Positions 56,061 to 64,000 of a DNA stretch of 64,000 nt are shown piece after piece. Origin of the DNA: Candidatus Micrarchaeia archaeon (lineage in GTDB: Archaea > Micrarchaeota > Micrarchaeia > CABMEP01); assembly GCA_038881595.1 (NCBI GenBank), contig JAVZPM010000001.1, forward strand, positions 224,001-288,000, given 5' to 3'. Below the pieces are notes generated by a model, which saw only the letters and a list, made by a program, of their open reading frames with translations, was not told the origin of the DNA and ran no database searches. A program made the position numbers and the translations under genes. Position 1 is the stretch's first letter; every line of letters starts with the position of its first letter.

Positions 56061-58010
56061 CTAAACAACGAGAAATACTTCTTTGATACCTGGAATCTTT
56101 TTAACTTCGTTCTTTATTTTTTCAATTTGTTCATTGGAATTATATGCGAGAACTAAATTTATCATTATTCTTTCGTCTTTTGTTTCACTTATGTTTATTT
56201 TTTTAATCTCAATTTTTTGACCCATAATAAGTTTTATTAAATCAGATAGTAATTTAGGTCTATCTTCGCTCACTAAATTCATTTTTTGTAAATAAATATT
56301 TGTCTGCATTTCCCATCTTGCATTTATTTTTCTTTTGAATTCTGCTGTCTTTTCAAATGTTTTACAATCAGCTCTATGAATTGTATATCTACCGTCTTTT
56401 GGTGGATATGTAACAATTTTATCATTGATAGTTGGATTACAACATTTTGCAATATTTATATTAGGTGAATTTATTTGTGCAATTAATTCTCCATTTTCCA
56501 TTCTTGCTTTCTTTCCACGTTCTGATATTGCAACTTCTGTTTCTTTACTAATATTTTTCTTAGGTCCAATAAGGTTCAAAGCTGCTCTAATCTTGGCTTT
56601 AGCTTTTGAAGTTTTAACTATTCCAAGCCAATTTATATTAACCTTTTGCTGGGGAGAAGTTAGTACTTCAACAATATCCCCATCATTGAGAACTTGATTA
56701 AACGGCACAATTTTTCCATTTACTTTTATTTTATCTGCATTTAAACCTATAGACGTGTGCAATGCAAATGCAAAATCAAGTGCAGTAGATCCGTTAGGTA
56801 ATTCAATCATGTCTCCTTTTGGTGTAAAAACTACGACACCTCTTTCAAATAATTCTATTTTTATTCCTTCAATATACTCATTTTCTTCTGTTATTTGTTT
56901 TTGCCATTCTAATAAATTCTTCATCCATTCTATTTTTTTATCGAATTCTTCTTCACCATGACCTTTGTATTTCCAATGTGCAGCTATACCTACTTCAGCG
57001 ATTCTATCCATTTCTTCTGTTCTTATCTGTGCTTCTATATTCTGTCCATTTTCAGTTAAGAAATTTATATGGATTGATTGATACATATTTGATTTCGGTG
57101 ATGCAATATAGTCATCAAGACTTTCTGGGATTATTTTATAATTTTCACTAATTATCTCTAATATTCTATAGCAGTCACTTACTCTCTTGGTTATTATTCT
57201 TATAGCAAATAAATCCATCAATTGGTCAAAGGTAAGTTCTTTTCTTTTCATCTTCCTGTATATCGAATATATGTGTTTTTCTCTGCTCTTTACTATTACA
57301 TCTATACCTCTAGCTTTGAGCAATTTTTCTATTTCATTTCTTATTCTTTCTGTTTCTTTTTCTTTTCCTTTTCTTTTTTCTTCTAATGCATTTTTTATTT
57401 GTAAATAAGCTTCCGGTTCCATCACAGAAAGATAAAGATCTTCAAGTTCATTTTTTATTTTTGTTATATTAAGTTTATGTGCTATAGGTATATAGATTTC
57501 AAATGTTTCTTCTGCCATTCTTTTTTGTTTATGTTCTGGTAAGAATGAAATAGTTCGCATGTTATGAAGTCTATCAGCTAGTTTTATTATTATAATTCTT
57601 ACATCTTTACTAAGTACTAAAAGCATTTTTCTTATATTCTCAGCTTCTGCCTGTTCAAGCTTTAGGAACGGTATTTTACCTATTTTTGTTAGTCCATCAA
57701 CTATTTTGGCAACTTGTTCTCCAAACTCTTTTTCAATAGTACTAATAGGTATTCCAACCTCTCTACAAACGTCATGAAGAATTGCTGCTTGAATTGAAAT
57801 CGTATCATTAAGATAATCTGAAACTATTTCTGCTACAGCTATACAATGCATAACATATGGTTCTCCAGATAGTCTATATTGATTTTTATGCGCTATAGAT
57901 GCAAATTCAATAGCTTTTCTCAATGCGTTTATATCTATTTTTTCATTTTCTTTTTTTACTTTTTCAACAAGTTTGTTAAATGCAGTTTCTATTTCTTCTT
58001 CTAATTGCAT
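56061..58010 (-). CDS. Long RelA/SpoT homologue (HD, synthetase, TGS, ZFD, ACT)
   Basis: SGEPY..H, LHD, IKLADRLHNMRT, DLFAIRII, YQSIH, EAQIRT, GIAAHWKYK, VFTPKG..LP..ST.LDFA, AKCCNP, IHRADC, DRPKLL. Confidence 0.96.
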   Translation of the reverse strand: MQLEEEIETAFNKLVEKVKKENEKIDINALRKAIEFASIAHKNQYRLSGEPYVMHCIAVAEIVSDYLNDTISIQAAILHDVCREVGIPISTIEKEFGEQVAKIVDGLTKIGKIPFLKLEQAEAENIRKMLLVLSKDVRIIIIKLADRLHNMRTISFLPEHKQKRMAEETFEIYIPIAHKLNITKIKNELEDLYLSVMEPEAYLQIKNALEEKRKGKEKETERIRNEIEKLLKARGIDVIVKSREKHIYSIYRKMKRKELTFDQLMDLFAIRIITKRVSDCYRILEIISENYKIIPESLDDYIASPKSNMYQSIHINFLTENGQNIEAQIRTEEMDRIAEVGIAAHWKYKGHGEEEFDKKIEWMKNLLEWQKQITEENEYIEGIKIELFERGVVVFTPKGDMIELPNGSTALDFAFALHTSIGLNADKIKVNGKIVPFNQVLNDGDIVEVLTSPQQKVNINWLGIVKTSKAKAKIRAALNLIGPKKNISKETEVAISERGKKARMENGELIAQINSPNINIAKCCNPTINDKIVTYPPKDGRYTIHRADCKTFEKTAEFKRKINARWEMQTNIYLQKMNLVSEDRPKLLSDLIKLIMGQKIEIKKINISETKDERIMINLVLAYNSNEQIEKIKNEVKKIPGIKEVFLVV

Positions 58011-58015
58011 TTTTA

Positions 58016-58528
58016 TCACTCACTTTTTAGTAATTTTATAATTTCTTCTCCAAATTTCCTTGCGAATTTTGGTCCACTTGCAGTTATTATTTTTCCATCT
58101 ACTACAACTCCTTCATTTATGTAGTTTGCTCCTTTTTGTATCAGATTGTCTTTTTCAGATGGGAAAACTGTAGCATTTTTTCCTTTCAAGATCCCTGCAT
58201 TAGCCAAGATAGAAGGAGCAATACATATCGCACCAATGATCATTCCTTTCTTATAAGCATCTTCCGCAATTTTAAGCACGTATTTATCTTCAAAATATGT
58301 AGAAGCTCCGCTTCCACCTACAAAAACAACCGCCTTATAATTATTTATATTAACTTTTGTTATATCAATATCAATATTTACATTTCCACCTAGCATACCT
58401 GTAGATTTTTTGACTCCTTTTGAGGTTATCTCTACTTTGTACCCATTGGATTCAAAAATATTTTTAGGTTCAAATAACTCTTCATCTCTAAATTTATCTG
58501 GAGCTATTATCATCAGAATCTTATTCAT
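58016..58528 (-). CDS. DJ-1/PfpI family protein
   Basis: FRDEEL, VFVGG.GA, GAICIAP nucleophile elbow, VVVDGKIITA.GP. Confidence 0.95.
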   Translation of the reverse strand: MNKILMIIAPDKFRDEELFEPKNIFESNGYKVEITSKGVKKSTGMLGGNVNIDIDITKVNINNYKAVVFVGGSGASTYFEDKYVLKIAEDAYKKGMIIGAICIAPSILANAGILKGKNATVFPSEKDNLIQKGANYINEGVVVDGKIITASGPKFARKFGEEIIKLLKSE

Positions 58529-58628
58529 ACACTCACCATATCAATAGAATACTTATTATAATACATAAAAAATTAAAAAAACAACTTAATTACATTTTTA
58601 TTCATTTCTTTTCTTTTAATTAATTATA

Positions 58629-59094
58629 ATGGAAAATTATCAAAAATTTATAATCGCATTATTGATTCCATTTATAGCGGGTGGAATAGGTTCATTTTTA
58701 CCTATCCAGAAATAAGTTCATGGTATGCTGATCTATCAAAACCTTCATTTAATCCGCCTAATTGGATTTTTGGGCCGGTATGGACTTTGCTTTACTTATT
58801 AATAGGTATTTCTTTTTATTTAGTTTGGAAAAAGAAGGAAATAACTAATAATTTTAATACATATAAGTATTTTTTCTACAATTAATTCTTAATTCAGTTT
58901 GGTCAATATCCTTTTTTGGAATAAAGAATTTATTATTAGCTTTAATAATAATTGTATTACTCTGGATTTCAATTCTATTGACAATATTTTCATTCTATAG
59001 AGAGTCAAAGATTGCAGCTTATCTTCTTATTCCCTATATACTATGGGTAAGTTTTGCTTTAATTCTTAACTATTATGTTTATTTAATGAACTGA
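58629..59094 (+). pseudogene. tspO: TspO/MBR tryptophan-rich sensory protein with two frameshifts
   Basis: [32 protein letters not shown] and LLIPY.LWVSFA..LN lie across three frames; shifts at T5 (58695-58699) and T6 (58870-58875). Confidence 0.9.
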
Positions 59095-59113
59095 TTTTAA
59101 TAGAAGAATAAAG

Positions 59114-59187
59114 TGCGGCGGCCGGGATTTGAACCCGGGTTGCAGCCTTGGCAAGGCCGCGTCCTAACCAGACTAGACTACCGCCGC
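59114..59187 (-). tRNA. tRNA-Gly(GCC)
   Basis: GCGGCGG/CCGCCGC-A; anticodon arm CGGCC-TT-GCC-AA-GGCTG; CCGGG-TTCAAAT-CCCGG. Confidence 0.96.
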
Positions 59188-59247
59188 TAAATTTTTTAGA
59201 AAAGACATATAATTATACATCTCAGATTTTAAAAATCTATTGAATCT

Positions 59248-60561
59248 TTATAATCCGAGCAGTATTGCAATTGCAACTATCGCAACTGCAGCAACTACAA
59301 AAAGACCTACAAATATCTGAAATTCATTTGGAAGGCTTTGAATGTCTGTATATTTTTCAGAAAGGCTTTGCTCTATATGGACTCTTTCAAATGAAATTTC
59401 AGTTTTATTATACTCGGTTAAAAATGTATTAGGAAACGTATATCTAACATTAGGACTAAGAGGTGGGAGTCTTAGGTTGAATTCCATTTGATATATCTTT
59501 TTAGGTCCTAATATAATCTGTCTTGAACAACCAGAACATTCTACGGATAAAGGAGGAATAAAAACAGCATTTACAAAGATAGGGAATTCTTCTTTATTCA
59601 TGATTTTTATCAATGTCGGTTGATTTTGATCTAACGGAGGTTGCGGTGAAAATGTTATATATATATCAAGAGGATCTTCTTCAGTATAATTGATTATATC
59701 TATATTTACTGTCTCTTCCAAATAGATATGTTTTCCTTCTTTTGACAGTGCACTTATAGAATCATGCAAAACAGATATATCCTCTCCAGTTCCAGTTCTT
59801 ACTCTTAATGCATTTAGATTCATGAACTGATTATGCGTCGGATCAATTTCAATCCATCCATAATCTGGCACATATGTTTCAGTCCATGCATGCGGTATCC
59901 ATCTTCCATCAACATATACATAGCCAATTATCATGCGTGTTGAATAATTTTTAGCTCTTGCCATTGCAGCAAAAAGATTTGAAAGTTCATCACATACACC
60001 AGTTCTTTTTTCAAAAACCCAATCTGAAGGCATAGTTGCAGTAGTAATATCATCTATAGTGATATCAGTATAAGAAGCATTATATTTGATATTTTTGAAA
60101 ACCCAATTTTGCATATCATATAAGTCATAAGGTTTTTCTGAAACGAATATAGATGTAAAATTTCTTATTTTCTCATTTATAACAATATTTTGCGTTTCAT
60201 CTATATATTTTTTCTTTACACTATTAACCTCATTTCTTTTAATGTAATCGGTTTGAATTATAAAATTAGCAGTTATTCTTTTAGATCTTATACCATTGAA
60301 TTCAAATCTTATTTTAGATTCTGTTCCCTCAACTATTTTATATGGATCAGAAAAAGTTGCATTTAATATTTTTTGATTAGGTGAGTTTGTTGGGATAGTA
60401 ACATCAAGAACTCCATTTTCAAGCACTCCATCTCCAATAATGTCCCAACTCATAGTTACATTAAGTAGTGCTTTTGTTGGCTTTGCGTATATTAAAGTTA
60501 ATAGTGAAAGCAAGAAAATAGTAAGTATTACATATTTATTATATTGCCTAGAAATGTGCAT
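59248..60561 (-). CDS. Membrane-anchored extracellular transglutaminase-like protein with intact triad
   Basis: Signal peptide; GVCDELS, HAWTE, WIEIDPT; C-terminal TM. Confidence 0.9.
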   Translation of the reverse strand: MHISRQYNKYVILTIFLLSLLTLIYAKPTKALLNVTMSWDIIGDGVLENGVLDVTIPTNSPNQKILNATFSDPYKIVEGTESKIRFEFNGIRSKRITANFIIQTDYIKRNEVNSVKKKYIDETQNIVINEKIRNFTSIFVSEKPYDLYDMQNWVFKNIKYNASYTDITIDDITTATMPSDWVFEKRTGVCDELSNLFAAMARAKNYSTRMIIGYVYVDGRWIPHAWTETYVPDYGWIEIDPTHNQFMNLNALRVRTGTGEDISVLHDSISALSKEGKHIYLEETVNIDIINYTEEDPLDIYITFSPQPPLDQNQPTLIKIMNKEEFPIFVNAVFIPPLSVECSGCSRQIILGPKKIYQMEFNLRLPPLSPNVRYTFPNTFLTEYNKTEISFERVHIEQSLSEKYTDIQSLPNEFQIFVGLFVVAAVAIVAIAILLGL

Positions 60562-60620
60562 AAAATAATTATATAGAAAATTAATTAAATTTGTTTTATT
60601 TTAAAAATGATTAGTTTGCA

Positions 60621-60693
60621 TGCCGCGGGGCGGATTTGAACCACCAACCTTTCGGTCTTCAGCCGAATGCTCTCCCAATTGAGCTACCGCGGC
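60621..60693 (-). tRNA. tRNA-Phe(GAA)
   Basis: GCCGCGG/CCGCGGC-A; anticodon arm TTCGG-CT-GAA-GA-CCGAA; GGTGG-TTCAAAT-CCGCC. Confidence 0.96.
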
Positions 60694-60789
60694 GATTTTC
60701 ATGAATATGTATTTATGTTGTTTAATCTTTAAATTATTTGCTATTTTAATTTCTGCTAACGTTATTAGAGATTAATAAACATAAAGATG

Positions 60790-61170
60790 CTAAATAATAT
60801 CTTCAATTCTTCGATTTATTTCTGTCATTCTTCTCTTTGTTATAGAATAAGATCTTTCATTTTTTTCAAGTTCAGGAAGATATGCAAAATACCATCCTTC
60901 ATAAGGTATTTTCCATGCAATCAATGTTGTAATTCCTGTGTTCTCTTCCCATTTGTTTAGGGCTTCGAATTTATCGTGGTCTATTGCAATTCTATCACTG
61001 TTCCATGCTTTACATTCAACTGCATACTGCTTTCCACGCTTGAATAGAAGGATATCCGGGCTTACCGCATTTACCCCACTACCTGCCGATCTCACTACGC
61101 TGTATCCTTTTTCTTCAAAAATATGGATCAGTTCCCTTTCATTTCTTGCCCCTTTTCTGTACCTATACAT
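60790..61170 (-). CDS. hjc: Holliday junction resolvase Hjc
   Basis: YRKGARNEREL, G.SVVRSAGSG, PDI, VECK. Confidence 0.95.
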   Translation of the reverse strand: MYRYRKGARNERELIHIFEEKGYSVVRSAGSGVNAVSPDILLFKRGKQYAVECKAWNSDRIAIDHDKFEALNKWEENTGITTLIAWKIPYEGWYFAYLPELEKNERSYSITKRRMTEINRRIEDII

Positions 61171-61272
61171 CTCTCATCACTTGTCAAACTATAGCTATAT
61201 TATCTTATAAGAGAGATTTATAAATTGTTATCTTAAATATAGATATTAGAACTAATTTAGGTGAGTGATTTT

Positions 61273-61875
61273 ATGGCTGAGAATCAAGGACCAATAAAGA
61301 GATTGATAAATATGTTAAAAGGGGAGAGACCCTCCATTCCCTTAGAGGCTATTATGCAGAAAGGAGTAGTAGTTTTAGATTCATCAAAAACTGCATTAGA
61401 CGCAGCAAAGGTTATGGAAAGAAATAAGATTGGTTCGGTAATAATTGTAGAAAAGGGAAAGGCGATTGGAATTGTGACAGAAAGAGACCTTGTTAGAAGG
61501 GTATTGGCAGGAAAGAAAAAACCAACAATCAAGCTTAAACAGATTATGTCTTCTCCGTTAAGAGTTGCAAAACCAGAGCAGGATATACAGGAAGCGGTTT
61601 TGGCAATGAAGAAATATAAAATAAAGAAGCTTGCTGTTGTGGACGGGGAAGGAAGGCTTGTAGGGATAGTAACAGATACTGACATCACTAGAGCTCTTCC
61701 TGGAATGATAGACATATTACAGGAGATAGGCAATTACAATAGATTAGCAGAAGAGTCACAATCAGTAGGAATATGTCAAAAATGCGGCCTTTACTCCGAC
61801 ACTCTTCAATATGTAAATGGAGAACTTATATGCGAAGAATGCAGGGAGCAAGAAGCAGAAGAATATGAGCAGTGA
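61273..61875 (+). CDS. CBS-pair protein with C-terminal zinc ribbon
   Basis: IGSVII, GIVTERD, IMSSP, VGIVTDTD; GICQKCG...LICEEC. Confidence 0.92.
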   Translation: MAENQGPIKRLINMLKGERPSIPLEAIMQKGVVVLDSSKTALDAAKVMERNKIGSVIIVEKGKAIGIVTERDLVRRVLAGKKKPTIKLKQIMSSPLRVAKPEQDIQEAVLAMKKYKIKKLAVVDGEGRLVGIVTDTDITRALPGMIDILQEIGNYNRLAEESQSVGICQKCGLYSDTLQYVNGELICEECREQEAEEYEQ

Positions 61876-61938
61876 TAATAAAATCAGAGGCAATTCTGAG
61901 ACCAACAGACATACGCGTTAAGATATCTTTATCTTTAA

Positions 61939-62802
61939 ATGTAAGAAGAAAAAGAAAGGGAAAAAGAGCGTGAGCTTATTGAAAGAATCTATGAAAGAGA
62001 AAATCAAATAGAAGAGAAATTAGAACAAATATTGATTCCAGTTGAAGAGATAAAAGATCAAGTTGAGAATGAAGTAACAATTGCAGAATGCTTAAAAATG
62101 TATGAAATTGCAGAATTAGTTAGAGAAGGACAGGAAGTTAAGATAAGAGAATTAGAAGCAGAAATAGGAGAAAAACTAAAGAATGAAATTGAAGCGATAC
62201 AAAAGGAAATAGAAGAAATAAATAAAATAGGAAAGAATGAAGAAGGAATTGAGAATTCCCTTAAAAAACTTAACAAACTGATTAAAGAAAAGCACTCTTT
62301 GGAGGAAAGAATAGACAAAATAACTGAAATGTTAAACAAACTGAAAAAAGCTGGAGTTTTTAAAAAGGAGATATATGAATCATTTATCGATGAATTAAAG
62401 AGAACACAACAATTAGAAGAGCAAATAGTTAAAACGATAGAATCCATAATAAAAGAGGTAGAAGTTACAAAAGAGAAAAAACCATCAGCTGAGACAATTA
62501 GAGAAAAATTATCTAAATTGGCAGAGAAAATAAGAAAAGAAATCTCTCTCCTACAGAGTCTTGCAAGCAGGATTGAAAAAATTAGAATAGAATTAGAAAA
62601 AGAAACAGAAAAACAGATCTTAAAAGAGGTCAGGGAATCAAAACCAAAACTGATTTCTATTCAGAATCTTGAAAATATATTGACAAAAGTATGGATAAAT
62701 TCTGTTATTGAGTTCATCACAGATAAACTGATTAAGATCAGAGCAGGAAGAAGAGAGGAAAGAGAGGAAAGAGTGATATGTCCGTTATCTTTAAATACCT
62801 AA
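61939..62802 (+). pseudogene. Glu/Lys-rich coiled-coil gene with a stop at codon 2 (or a shorter CDS from TTG 62032)
   Basis: ATG-TAA-GAA-GAA-AAA... at 61939 is in frame with the 62032 ORF; the E/K/R-rich frame is open from 61945. Confidence 0.5.
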
Positions 62803-62818
62803 ACTGAGAATGATAATT

Positions 62819-63619
62819 ATGACAGAAAGAGAGGAGAAGATAATAAAGAAACCAGAAGAAAAGAAACCTTCATTATGGCAAAGAATGAAGAAACCATTGG
62901 CAGCCGGCCTATTAGGTGCTTCACTACTTCTGCATCCTGCAAAGAAAGCAGATGCAGTAGGATTTGCATTTGCTAGAGATCCACCTTATTATGCATCTGA
63001 AATAATTGAAAAGAAATATCCAACTGGTTGGAAACTTTTGGTTAAAGTAGATAAGCATCAAGGAGGTGAAATTGATATAGACGACTCACTAGGAATAAAA
63101 TTAAATCAGTCTGCAATCAATTATTTCAAGAAAAAATATGAAGAAACCAAAGACCCAGATGCTCTTTATTTATGGGTTTATAGTGTTTATTCTCTAGCTG
63201 GATACGAACAAACATTTGAAAAAACAGAAGAAAGATGCATGGAAGCAATGAAAATAATAGATGAAAGACTAAAAGAAGAACCTTATGATTTCCATTTTAT
63301 AGATCTTAAACTGACGATATATCGTAATTTAGCTGTTGCATATTATAAAGGATATATTAAAGATCCTCGTGCTGTAGCCTGGGGACATGTTGATTTTTCA
63401 AAAATAGATTTCTATAAACGAAAATCAATTGAATATTGTAATAAATACAAAGAATATCTTAAAGAAGTAAAGAAAATATTGGATAAGATAGAAATATGTT
63501 TATTCAAAGATTTTAATTATACCCAAAAAATTGTAGAAGACACAAAAAAAGAATATATAAAAGATTCTGAGAAAGACGATATAAAAATTCAACACATTCT
63601 AGAGGAATTAAAAGAGTAA
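62819..63619 (+). CDS. Helical (TPR-like), probably exported protein; paralog of 26780-27571
   Basis: Charged leader, WQRMKKPLAAGLLGASLLLHPAKKADA; shared internal motifs; start 62810 or 62819. Confidence 0.72.
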   Translation: MTEREEKIIKKPEEKKPSLWQRMKKPLAAGLLGASLLLHPAKKADAVGFAFARDPPYYASEIIEKKYPTGWKLLVKVDKHQGGEIDIDDSLGIKLNQSAINYFKKKYEETKDPDALYLWVYSVYSLAGYEQTFEKTEERCMEAMKIIDERLKEEPYDFHFIDLKLTIYRNLAVAYYKGYIKDPRAVAWGHVDFSKIDFYKRKSIEYCNKYKEYLKEVKKILDKIEICLFKDFNYTQKIVEDTKKEYIKDSEKDDIKIQHILEELKE

Positions 63620-63649
63620 TTTTATAAATATAAATCATAAATTAAAGTT

Positions 63650-64000
63650 ATGTGTTTATTTTTGTTTAATGGTGATAGTAGTAGTATATTTAGTGGAAAA
63701 GACAAAGGATTCGAAAGAGCCCCCCATCTCCAGCCCCAACTTCGCTTCCTTTCCTCAATCACTTCTCCTCAACAAACTACAGAGCTAACCGAACTTCAGT
63801 TTCTTATGCAACAGCAACTCACAGATCTCAACGTTTATCTTCAGATTCTAGAGAAAAAAGACGATGATATTCATGATATTAGCTTATTATTAAACATATG
63901 GGAAAAAATAGAAGAGGAATATGAAGAAATAAAGAAATTAGAAGAAGAAAAACAAAAAGAAAAAATAAAAGAAGAGACACTGATTGAAGTAAAGGAAGAA
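63650..64000 (+). CDS. Hypothetical protein, 3'-partial
   Basis: Open frame from ATG 63650 to the window end (117 codons), becoming E/K-rich; true start uncertain. Confidence 0.55.
   Translation, partial: MCLFLFNGDSSSIFSGKDKGFERAPHLQPQLRFLSSITSPQQTTELTELQFLMQQQLTDLNVYLQILEKKDDDIHDISLLLNIWEKIEEEYEEIKKLEEEKQKEKIKEETLIEVKEE

Noticed and set aside
61939..61944. Stop-codon reassignment
   Set aside because: TAA, TAG and TGA all terminate conserved genes at expected lengths in this window; this is an isolated case.

Overview
AT-rich archaeal chromosomal segment read with the standard code. Many starts are preceded by a GGTGA-type ribosome-binding motif. Compact gene packing, an unlinked 5S rRNA, class I LysRS and the gene repertoire suggest a DPANN archaeon, possibly Micrarchaeota-like (inference). 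Most of the window is information-processing housekeeping: an Rpp21-S19e-PDCD5-L39e-L31e-aIF6-LX-prefoldin-FtsY cluster, L21e-RpoF-DUF655-KsgA, Pus10, LysRS, TFE, RpoK, Orc1/Cdc6, S6e-aIF2gamma, L7Ae-S28e-L24e, Hjc, four tRNAs and a 5S rRNA. The main candidate for an undescribed system is a ~22 kb envelope locus (26.8-48.8 kb). It holds six tandem, divergent paralogous polytopic membrane proteins resembling CedA/VirB6-type channel subunits, a divergently transcribed 1060-aa single-pass protein, a single-pass protein and a 2791-aa lipoprotein. That lipoprotein has cupredoxin-like and Cys-rich repeats apparently inserted into a split glycoside-hydrolase-like barrel. The locus may be a cell-contact or transfer apparatus; no ATPase is present in the window. 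Other oddities: a single-repeat (half) TBP with palindromic upstream DNA, an intron-containing tRNA-Ile with a UAU anticodon, a full-length RelA/SpoT homologue with RelA-like motifs, an IspE-like kinase, a non-canonical histone near an unannotated 55-aa polyacidic microprotein, an AbrB-domain gene lacking a canonical start, and three disrupted genes. All family assignments come from motif recognition by eye, not from database searches.
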